In this document: positions 35,201-45,249 of the stretch, in pieces
How the letters are laid out: every line of letters starts with the position of its first letter
How positions within the stretch are numbered: the first letter of the stretch is position 1
DNA from: Epithemia pelagica
Taxonomy: Eukaryota; Protista; Bacillariophyta
Length of the DNA: 64,000 nt
Reading direction: 5' to 3'
Assembly: GCA_946965045.2 (NCBI GenBank)
Contig: OX337236.1
Location: forward strand, 2,418,001-2,482,000
Notes under the pieces: model-generated
The model's input: only the letters and a program-made list of their open reading frames with translations
Told to the model about the DNA's origin: nothing
Databases searched by the model: none
Program-made: the position numbers and the translations under genes

Positions 35201-37319
35201 AAGGATCTCGTTATGCTCACCGCGACAATAACTATAAACAAAATCAGATGCTCGTATCAACAACCCGAGGGCAGGAAAAACGAAAAGAAAGAGTGGACAT
35301 AAAACAGGCGTTTGGTGGAATTGGCGACCAAGATGCAGAATATGTGTCAAATGATTATCCAGGATATAAAATGTCGACGCGAAAGTCTATGGATCGTGTT
35401 AACGAAGCGATTGTCAACTACGATCTGATTGAGGATGTCTTGGAGCTCTTGCTGTGTCAGCCACCTGAACGCAACACCACATTGCTCGGTCCTGAAGGGA
35501 CAAACCTTTTGACGTCTGCCGATAATGGTTCTATCTTGGTGTTTTTGCCAGGGTTGGGAGAGATTCGTACTTTGACTGAACGACTCGAGGGGAATCGGAA
35601 ATTTCAGCCAGGTTCGCTAGCACCAGTAGAAATTATCCCAATGCATTCAACCTTATCGTCCCGGGACCAAAGAAAGGCATTTGTTCGACGTCAACATACA
35701 AGTAATGGAACTCCACGAAAAATCATTTTAAGTACAAACATTGCCGAAACCAGTGTCACAATCCCAGATGTTGTTTGCGGTAAGTTCAGCGTTGTTATCG
35801 AATGAACCCTAGCTGCCTTTATGACGCATATCCTTAAAGTTGTCTCCAGTTATCGATGCAGGAAGAGTACGCGAAGTTCGAAGAAACAAACGAACTTCGA
35901 CCTCCATTTTGGATACTGATTGGTGTTCTAAAGCGAGTGCGAAGCAACGTGCAGGAAGGTAAGCAAAAGAAGCTGGAAAGGATCATATTCTGTTTGGTGT
36001 TTGGATTATCGTACAGGGATTAATTATTGCATGCTCATGTTTGAGGGTTTGTGTTTTATTATAGGGCAGGGCGGGTGCGTTCGGGCCTGTGCCTGAAGCT
36101 CTTCTCGTCAAGAACCGCACAGGACGTCATGAAGGCCGCCAACGAACCTGAGTTGAAACGAGTTCCTTTGGAAGAAATTTGCTTGTCCATCTTGGCCAGC
36201 GGGTTTGCAAAGCGTGGCTGTATGGAATTTCTGTCACAAGCTCCACAACCACCATCGCGAGAATCCGTCCAGCAAGCTATTGATGTTCTCTATGCAATTG
36301 GTGCGATATCAGTTCAAGACAATGAAAAGGTTTCCGATACAACGAAAGAGAGAAACGAAAAATGGATTGAAATTCTTACTCCACTTGGAAAGCATTTAGC
36401 GAAACTGCCTGTCGATGTGCGGCTTGGAAAAATGCTCATTTTCGGAGCACTTTTTCGATGCACCGACAGAGTCTTGACGATTGCCGCTGCCCTTTCGTCC
36501 CAATCAATATTCTCTACGTTCTTGGGGGGGAATGCTACAGTTGCAAAGGCAAAGCAAAGGGCCTTTGCGGATACGGAGTCCGACTTTTTGACTCTCTGCA
36601 ATGTCTGGGAATCGTATGAAATTGCTCGATCGACAGCTGGTTCATCTTCGTTCAGAGCAGGAAGAAGGTTCTGTGACTCCAACTTCTTGAATCATGCGGC
36701 GATGCGTGAAATTGGAGATGCGCGACGTCAGTACTTAGACCTTTTGTGTAATATTGGGTATGTGGATCGAAAAGAGGTTTCCCGCCATGACAAATTGCTT
36801 CCCAATGGCAGCATATACAACGAGAATAGCGACAACTCTGAGTTGTTTCATGCAGTTCTCTGTGCTGGTTTGTATCCCAATGTTGCTCATTTGGAACAAC
36901 GTACAACTGCCAGTAACTTCACTCTTTTGCACAAAGAAGAGAGACTTTACTTCCACGAGACCTCAGTGAATGCTAGGAAGAAACAAATGAAGAATGATAG
37001 CTGGGTGGTATTTCACGAAAAATTTGGAACACCTCATCGGGTTTCCATATCAACGACTGCATTTGTCCACCCGCTTGCGTTGGTCCTTTTTGGAGGGTCA
37101 CATGTAGCCGTGAAGCATCTTGAACGACTTGTGATTCTTGATGACTGGATTCGAATGCAGATGGGGGCCCAACTTGGGGTCATCCTGATTGACTTGCGCA
37201 AGCAGTTGGATGCTATGCTTGAGCAGCTCATCAACAACGAGCATCCTACACAGTCAAAACAGATGGATATCTACGAAAACGATACAATCCAAAAAATTGT
37301 GAAGGTTTTATTGCTCTAA
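32209..37319 (+). CDS. DEAH-box RNA helicase, DHX29/DHX57-like, 4 exons (32209-34971, 35062-35779, 35850-35958, 36065-37319), 1614 aa
   Basis: Motifs AETGAGKT, TQPRRVAA, DEVH, L|MSAT, STNIAETSVTI, QRAGR|AGRV, plus HA2/OB-like C-terminus. The spliced length is a multiple of 3. Confidence 0.92.
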
Positions 37320-37729
37320 AGCTTCGTTCCATTGATAATTCCCGATCGCTTTTTACAAGAAGGGTCTGCTATTTTGGTCATCGCGGTGCTAACCTTTTTG
37401 CTATGTGTGCGCGACACATGAACGGTTGTTTGTTATGCGACCAATCTCGTTTTGCAGAGTTCGCGCTCAACGCAAGACGCAAGACTCTAAAGCGTACGGA
37501 ACGTTCGTACATGGCACTCCCTCCGTGAGACATCATGAGTATAGATCGCTTTCGAAGATATACTTTCGAGCGTTTCGTCCCCTGTTCTCATTCCTGAGCA
37601 GCGCTCCCGAACAAGATTGCAGCTGCAGGAACTCCAACATCATTGATCGCCATGTGCTCAAATATAACCAAAAAAGAAAAAGACAGCTTCACACGCTTCT
37701 GATTTTACCTTGATTGATTGATTGAGATC

Positions 37730-38105
37730 ATGTTCATGCTTTCTCGCACGGCTGCATCAAGTACATGTTCACGAACTATCGGCCGCAATGTTGTTGCTGC
37801 CACAAAACCATCCCCATCGACTCCTGTTCATGGAGCAGCAAGCACAAGCACTACATCTAGAACAAGCAGCTCCATCAGCAACACTGCAAAGAAAGAAATG
37901 AAAAATAAAAACAACCTCGGAATAAGTGTATCAACAACTCCCAATCACACCGAGTCCTTATGGGAAACGTATGGTTTTGAAAGAAAAGATGTAAGTACCA
38001 TAACGGCCGAGCAATGACGAATTCTCTTGACGCTTCTAAAAATCCTCGTTGTTTTTAAATGGACTCCTAAAGTGCGGATGGGGAGCATGGTATCTTGTCC
38101 CCTAA
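37730..38105 (+). CDS. GWGAWYLVP microprotein, copy 3 (97 aa, 2 exons: 37730-37990, 38073-38105)
   Basis: MFMLSRTAASSTCSRTIGRN...PNHTESLWETYGFERKD | GTAAGT...TAAAG (82-bp intron) | CGWGAWYLVP*. Confidence 0.85.
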
Positions 38106-38844
38106 ATAACTGAGGCGAGGGAAGAGCGTGGAACGACTTGATGTAATCACAAAATTCCGGCTCTCTCATCCATCCTGGATTCGAGGCTATTCAAAACCCA
38201 TGCTTACCCTGTTCCAGTCCAGCGCAAACGGTTTTCGCACACAATACAAATACCACATGTACAACATATCATTGTTTAGAGTTCACGAAATAACAACTGT
38301 GATTGGAGAGATTCTTGCTTTGAATGTTTTGTAGCACAATATAGTGAATATGTCCCATGTTTCAAGAGGGTTGCACCACGGTCGCACTAAGCTTTGAGAA
38401 GATACATTTCAACCATCGAGCATTGGTCTCATCAGTCTGCTGTCAAGATCTTGTATGAAATTCTTTCGAGTGCATAAGGAGTCATATCAGACGACAACTT
38501 CAGCTTGTCACAGCATAGAACAAGAGACATTTATAAAACATGCTTGTTACCAAGCACATCGGACGTTTTGCCAAATATGGAAAAAAGGACACGAGAGACA
38601 GTATAGGTATCGTTAGATGTTACAGCCATCCGATATGGAGTGGACTTCCAATGGGAATCTATCGCGAGACTTGTTCATCCGAAACGCCCTTGATCTGCAT
38701 AACCCAACATCGTGTTAGTTATGAAGAAAGCCGAGCATCGAATGACTCATGATAGTTCAAGTAACATATTGGCTTGGCTCGGGTATCCAAACTAGGATAT
38801 CGTTGTGACCGGCTTCTGCAAAATGGACGTGAAAGCAGACCTTG

Positions 38845-39114
38845 TTATGGGACAAGGTACCAGGCTCCCCAGCCGCATTCCTTCTTCTCAAAGCCATAAC
38901 CCTCCCAAGTTTGTTCTGTATGAGGAGGGCGAGGAGGAAGAATTCCGTCGGTGGCCATTCTCAGTTCATAGGTGTCACATCGTAGTACGTTGGGACCAGC
39001 TTGGTTGGGACGAAATGCCACGATAGGCGAGGACGAGGAAGAATTTCGTGCCGTATGATGGGTGAGTGAGCGTGCGGTCGTGGTGGCAGCTTGACGAGAA
39101 GAAGAGAAGAACAT
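38845..39114 (-). CDS. GWGAWYLVP microprotein, copy 4 (89 aa, intronless)
   Basis: MFFSSSRQAATTTARSLTHHTARNSS...PPHTEQTWEGYGFEKKECGWGAWYLVP*; N-terminus closely resembles copy 2. Confidence 0.88.
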   Translation of the reverse strand: MFFSSSRQAATTTARSLTHHTARNSSSSSPIVAFRPNQAGPNVLRCDTYELRMATDGILPPRPPHTEQTWEGYGFEKKECGWGAWYLVP

Positions 39115-39785
39115 CTTGTTGTCGAAACACAGGTGACAAAGTCGTTGATAGGTTGCAAGTCTTGCAAGGAAATCTTGAAAGTAGGTCGAGTGGTTTTTCT
39201 GGTATTTCAGTTTTATGGTGTCCTCAACTGCGCTCTGAAAAGGGTCATTGACTTGGGCGGCAATTCGAGTTTTGGTTCATTGTTCGCGTTGCTTCATTGT
39301 CAAGAAGTTCCCAGGAGGCAGCCATTGGCGCGAGAATGGACCAGGAAGTTTGGTGTTTGGTGAGTTCCGTTCCGCAGAAAAACCAGAATGAGAATATTTT
39401 GTCATTCGTCATTTATGACGTACTCCTAGAGCGTGTTTTCCTTGAATGAGAGATAGGGAGTAGGGAGTAGCGCCTGCCTTACATGCGGCTATGGGCTGGA
39501 GATGGTCCTAGGTGTAGTTCCTTGTGAAGTACTCTTTCTAAGTATGTTGTAGAGGATGCAGAGCCCGAGACCTTGCTGCTACGGTTTGTAATGGATGGGT
39601 CATCTCGTTGCAGTCATGGAGGCAGAATGCCATATCTCTATTACTGTGATGGTCTAGCCGATCTAGACTTGCGACGGGGTTCGTCTGTCACCTTTCAGAC
39701 AATACCTAAACCTCGGTTGAAACGATTAGATTTTTGTTGAAGCCAAAAGTCGTAGTCGCCAACAAAAAAGAATTTCGGGGAAGTT

Positions 39786-42302
39786 TCATGGAATGGGATG
39801 CATGGACTCGCCATCATAGAAATAGAAAGGCCCTTCTTCCTCGTCCTCATCCAAGCCCTGCTGTTCGATTCGGTTGCCGGTGAAGGGGACAGTACTGTGA
39901 ATACCGATAAGATCATGATCATCATCTCTCTCCCCATCAGGGCCCGTATGTACACGATCTAAATTCTTCTTCACGGTCTCCGACGAGAGCTGGGCAGCTG
40001 GCGATACGTCCGTCAATGGTACTGTCTCCGCTGGGCCTGTTGTGGTAGATTCGATACTTTCTGTGGGATTTAGAGGGGTTGAATGAGTGCCCACGGAAGA
40101 GGCGAATGGGAATGGCGGTGTATGGGTGCTTGTATGGACAGCTTTTGTATTCACTGCTGTTTCTGTTTTACTCTGTGAATTTACGGGAGGAGCAGCGACA
40201 ACACTTGTTGGTGGTTCCCACACGGTGCCTGGTCGAAATCGGGGACGGCACTTGTGGCAATAACAAAAGCTACGATTACATCCCTTCCACGCCGTAAAAT
40301 CATTCAAATCACATAATTCCACAATCTCCTTCCAAACTTGGGAGACTTGTTGATGGGTCTCCATCAGAACTGTATCTCGTTCCTCTTGTGTCCTACCCAA
40401 ATCCAGGTCCATGAACGCGGCACGGTCATTGCCCCCCTTATCAGCATCCCCCTTCGATTCTGCCATTCCATCATAGTTATCGTCATTAGTAACGGTAGAC
40501 GTGGTAGTCAAATAGAACAATCTCAAATAGCGCAAATCAATGGAAGGCGATGAGGGATCTGTCTCCGGGTCCATGGTACCTTCTCTGATTGACGGGGTCT
40601 GTGCTCCGATTGTCCCGTCTTCTTGGTTCCTGTTGTCATCATTGTTGTCGAGTACGAGTTCTGTCTGCTTTGTTTCGGTTGTGGCCAATTTCTGGTAGCG
40701 CAGTAAGAGGGCATAAATTTTTAATTGAAAAAAGGCCTCATTGCGAATCTTCTCATTCATCCATGCCGCATATTTGAGAACTGGTGCCTTGCCAGTTTTG
40801 TAATCGCACAGTCTCAAGAAAACCTCCTTTGATCGACGCCGCTCCTGCACATTAGAATGCCCATTCCCAGGAGAATGGAATCCCTGGTTCTTCTCTCTCT
40901 CTTCCTTGGTCAATTCCAATCGATCGACAATCCCTCGAACAAACACGGTACTCTTGTTGTTGCTCGCGTCTTGTGCCGATACGCGGGTAGTACTCGCGTG
41001 GTTTGTTGGGTGGCCAGCTATTGTAGGTAAATGTGCCGTTACCCATCGTTCTCGATAAGCCGGCCCTCGTCCTTGGAGATGTGGCTGATCCAAGGCATGA
41101 TAGTTTTTGAGCAGTTTCAAAGCATGGATTCCCCATGCTCGTTCTGCTTCCACCTGCCGACGCGGGGAGGCATGGTCATCGTTCTGATCATCTACCGTCG
41201 CATGTTCAGTTGTTGTGGTTTCTTCGAACAACTCTTTGTATGGACTTTTCAATCGATGTAGATTCCATTCAGAGCGAAACAAATTTTGAAGGGTTTCCAA
41301 ACTTCGGTCTTGCGGTTCCAAATCAAAGACTTGTTCCAGGGCGGCATGAATCATGGTTCCCTTGACCATGGCACGATTAGGCGATTGTTTTAACCCCAAG
41401 ACGTATTGAAACAAGAAGGATTGGGGACATTTCTGAAATTCCATAATGGATGAAGGAGACAAGGTTTTGGGAGGTCCCCGATACAAATCGTGAGGATCAT
41501 ACAAGTCTGACGAGGCGAATTCCGCTCCCTCTTCTTCTTGGTTGTTGTTCCCATTTTCGATTGTAGGTGCAAGGGTAGTTTTGGATTGCAAACCATGAAG
41601 ATCCGTGTTGTTTGTCGCAATACTCGAAGATTTTCTTTGTTGAGAGGATTTTTGCTTGTTCTTGTTCTTTAGTTTTGAATCTGACTTGCGGGGAGAGTTG
41701 TGTAACGTCCTAGTCGTTGTCCAGTTGGTGTTGGCGTTGTACATCGAGGACGAAAACAATCGCGTCCTGGAGTGAACAAGTGAACCTCCAGCGGATGTTC
41801 CAGGACGACTGATTGTTGATGCTAGTTGAAGAGAAGGCGAAAGTCTTGAGCTTGCTTGGTCCACAATCAATCCACCTTGTTGCAAAGAGGACAAAGCATC
41901 CGTTATGATTGGACGGCCAAAACGGCGACGAGGAGAAGAATACTGGTGGTAAGCGGCGGCCTCCACAACCCCGGTCGAACAAGGACAATTCTTGAAAAAG
42001 AGTGCTCTTGTTCTCGATCTTGTCAAGGCTGTTGTAGTTGAACGTGTCCCTGCAGCTCTCGTCCATACTTGTCTCATTGGTTGGAGGTGATGAGGTTGAT
42101 GAGTGGTCAGGTCGTTGCCAACGAAACTTTGCCGGAAACTACACCATGACACGGACCACATCGAAAGGTACACAGCGAATCCAGACCACGCCACCAAGAA
42201 TAAAATGGAATTCGCCAACAAAGACAGCCGCCACCTCCAGAAACAACGAAAATTCCGACAACAAACTGTTCGAGGGTGTCGAATGTTCGATGATGCGGCC
42301 AT
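39786..42302 (-). CDS. PD-(D/E)XK nuclease, RecB/AddB/Cas4-like (PDDEXK_1), with long N-terminal extension
   Basis: LSPSSIMEFQKCP, KGTMIHAALE, VRGIVDRL, LCDYKTGKAP, FQLKIYA, and C-terminal CNRSFCYCHKC (N- and C-terminal Cys as in 4Fe-4S staple nucleases). The true start codon is uncertain. Confidence 0.85.
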   Translation of the reverse strand: MAASSNIRHPRTVCCRNFRCFWRWRLSLLANSILFLVAWSGFAVYLSMWSVSWCSFRQSFVGNDLTTHQPHHLQPMRQVWTRAAGTRSTTTALTRSRTRALFFKNCPCSTGVVEAAAYHQYSSPRRRFGRPIITDALSSLQQGGLIVDQASSRLSPSLQLASTISRPGTSAGGSLVHSRTRLFSSSMYNANTNWTTTRTLHNSPRKSDSKLKNKNKQKSSQQRKSSSIATNNTDLHGLQSKTTLAPTIENGNNNQEEEGAEFASSDLYDPHDLYRGPPKTLSPSSIMEFQKCPQSFLFQYVLGLKQSPNRAMVKGTMIHAALEQVFDLEPQDRSLETLQNLFRSEWNLHRLKSPYKELFEETTTTEHATVDDQNDDHASPRRQVEAERAWGIHALKLLKNYHALDQPHLQGRGPAYRERWVTAHLPTIAGHPTNHASTTRVSAQDASNNKSTVFVRGIVDRLELTKEEREKNQGFHSPGNGHSNVQERRRSKEVFLRLCDYKTGKAPVLKYAAWMNEKIRNEAFFQLKIYALLLRYQKLATTETKQTELVLDNNDDNRNQEDGTIGAQTPSIREGTMDPETDPSSPSIDLRYLRLFYLTTTSTVTNDDNYDGMAESKGDADKGGNDRAAFMDLDLGRTQEERDTVLMETHQQVSQVWKEIVELCDLNDFTAWKGCNRSFCYCHKCRPRFRPGTVWEPPTSVVAAPPVNSQSKTETAVNTKAVHTSTHTPPFPFASSVGTHSTPLNPTESIESTTTGPAETVPLTDVSPAAQLSSETVKKNLDRVHTGPDGERDDDHDLIGIHSTVPFTGNRIEQQGLDEDEEEGPFYFYDGESMHPIP

Positions 42303-42642
42303 GCAAAAACTGTTTGTTGTGGCAGCTCGTTCGTTGGTTTGATGCTCTACGAACTACGAAGGCTTGTGCTGGTCGAGAAGAGAGAACAGCAATGTTGGAA
42401 GCCGAGCAAAGACAACGGCTCTACCAACACCTTTGTTGGCAACACAAACCACAACATTCATTGAGTCCAAAACATGAGCTTTCATGGGAAGATCCATCTG
42501 GCCGTGGATTTCCTCCTTTTCCGTCGCGGATCAGTCTCTCCTGACTTCAGGGTCATTAAAAGCGACCCATAAACGACTCATCCATCATTGGCCGTTGAAT
42601 GATGAGAGGTCGACCATTGCAAGACTGGTAGAGACAAACAAG

Positions 42643-44872
42643 ATGATGACCTCGCCGAGGAGAAGAGCCCAGTTACATCATGGAACGTTGCGTTTGATGA
42701 TATCACTCTTCCTACTGATCGGTTGCGTTTGGGGTCAAGTCGTCGGCAAGCAAGGAAACCTGCAGCCATTGCAATCAATATCTCTGCTGGAGCAATCCTC
42801 GTCTTCGGTTCGTGAATCGAAGGATGAAGATGACCGTTCCTTGAATGGAGCGCGAGAACGGTTGCAAAGAGCGATTCTTGAATTGATGAGTCATGGAGGT
42901 TTCGAAGTATGTATGAAAAGCTCCATGGATGAGCATTCACCAACTTTTGGATGGTTTCCTCATCTTGCAAAATGCAATGATACCATGTCGCAACAATCGT
43001 CATCATCAATATCTATCGAGTACAAATCAATAGGACAGGAACAAATGAGTCGATCTCTCCAAGCCTCTTCATGGTGGGAGAAATCGTCGGAGAAAATTCT
43101 CAACGGCTTCTGTGCGTTGATCTGTATATTGATTGCTGCATTGGCCGCTGGATTGACCCTGGGAATGTTGGGACTCGATCCTCTCATGTTGCTCATCAAG
43201 CAGCGTGCGTCCAACGATCCGATTGAGAGAGAGCAAGCGTCCAATCTCTTGCCAATCGTCAAACAGCACCATCGTCTACTTGTGACTCTTTTGCTCATGA
43301 ATGCCGTCGCCAACGAAGCTCTACCTATTTTCCTAGAGGCACTGGTTCCACCCTCGGTAGCTGTCATTTTTTCAGTCGTCTTTGTCTTGTTTTTTGGGGA
43401 GATCATACCGTCAGCTATTTTCACTGGTCCGAACCAAATGGCAATTGCTAGCCGATTGACACCAGTGGTCAAGACGGCCATGTGTCTGTTGCATCCCATT
43501 GCCATGCCCATTTCCAACCTTTTGGATCGGCTGCTTCATGATGAGGATGACGACAGTGGAGCGAACTTTTACAAACGAGGGGAACTCTCGGCATTGATTC
43601 GCATTCAGTATGAAGAACGAATGGCTGCGAAACGCAAGCGAAAGAAAGAGCGCAAACAGCATGCACATTCGTCGACCGTGCAAATGCTACCCGATGATGA
43701 TAACATTGGGGCGCTTAGCTTCTCATCACTCAAGTCATTTCGTGAGGAACACAGGGAATCATTCCGTGCCATCAAGTCACAAATAGACTACATGGACTCA
43801 CAACAGTCTGATCCTCTGGCCGTTTCGTCGTCCTCCTCGCAAAAGGTCAACGGTGGGCCTAGCAAAGCGGAAACCGGGGACGTTGTGAGTACGCGGATTG
43901 TTCGCAGTGACGAATCTTCAGTGCGCACATACGAAGAAGTTGGCATGGTACGCTCCAACAGTATTCACATTGATGAAGTCACAATGGTGGAAGGAGCCTT
44001 GTCGATGAAGGTGAAGGTCGCAATGGACGTACACACCCCATTGAGTCGAGTCTTTAGCATCCCCAACACCACCGTCTTGTCCGAGAAGGGTGTGGTCAAG
44101 ATCTATGCATCCGGATTTTCTAGGATACCCGTGTACCTCGAAGATCTTTCCAATAAACGAAACAAGAAGCAAATTATTGGCATTCTCCTCACGAAGCAAC
44201 TCATTGTTGTGAACCCCGATGATAAGAGGGTGGTGACTTCTATGCCACTCTATACACCACTTTGTGTGACCCCTGAAACACCTTTGGTGGACCTTGTGAA
44301 CATGTTTCAAACGTAAGATCTATGTCATTAAATGTGTGGAAGGAAAATACGGGTGCTAATGTTGAAAACTTGTTGTTTTAACTTTGATAATAACAGTGGC
44401 AGCAAAGGAATGACAGGAGGGCACCTGGCCCTTGTCTGTGCGAGGCCCAGAGAGGGCAACCAGGCACTTGCCTCAGGAGACCCTCTTCCGGAAACGGCAG
44501 GATTAATGGGTATTATCACTCTGGAAGATGTCCTTGAGACTCTTCTCCAGGAACAGATCTTTGACGAAAATGATGTAAGGCTAACTGGCACATGTGTGCA
44601 ACAGACTGTTTGTTAGATGTCTAACAACTATTGTGCTTTTTTCTATTCAGAAATACGAACGGGATGCCCACAAGTTGGCCATGATGGTCCTCCGCCGATG
44701 GAGGCGTTACGTGGCTCTGAAGAAGAAAGGTCTTTTAGAGTCTTCAGCAAGTAGAGCGGGGCACGAGCCAGCACTTCGCCAGGTTGTCAAGGACGCAGTT
44801 GCGGCGCATATAATGGAGGAGGGCCACGCCAATGAGCAAACATCCCTCCTTGTAAATGGCGCCACGCCCTAG
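42643..44872 (+). CDS. CNNM/DUF21 + CBS-pair metal transporter, 3 exons (42643-44312, 44397-44574, 44651-44872)
   Basis: AALAAGLTLGMLGLDP...HHRLLVTLLLMNAVANEALPIFL...FGEIIPSAIF (DUF21); GFSRIPVY, GHLALV, GIITLEDVLETLLQEQIFDEND (CBS pair); GT-AG introns keep the frame. Confidence 0.9.
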
Positions 44873-45249
44873 TAGTGGGAGAAGCTGAATGAGATGAGTC
44901 ATTTCTTGTCATTGTGTCCCCAGGATGATGATGATTCATGATGGTCTTGTTCCCTCTTCCTTCTTTCTCTTGCGCAATAGTTCACGTGATGATCGACCCA
45001 GAGTCCATGTGACGATCAAGAAATGAATCAATTCCATTTCCTGACTTCACGGTTTCAAAGCACACAACTTCGACGTTTGCCATTGGTCGTTAACGATACC
45101 TTTTCGTCTAGTTTACCAATATCTAATTTGCTTACCCAAATTCAAAGTAGAACCATACAGTCTCTTGGAATGGCGACAGTGACAAGACACAAGACGCTAC
45201 CATGCTCCAAATAGTGATACGTGAAAACTTGCGTAGCGCATAGAATTAT

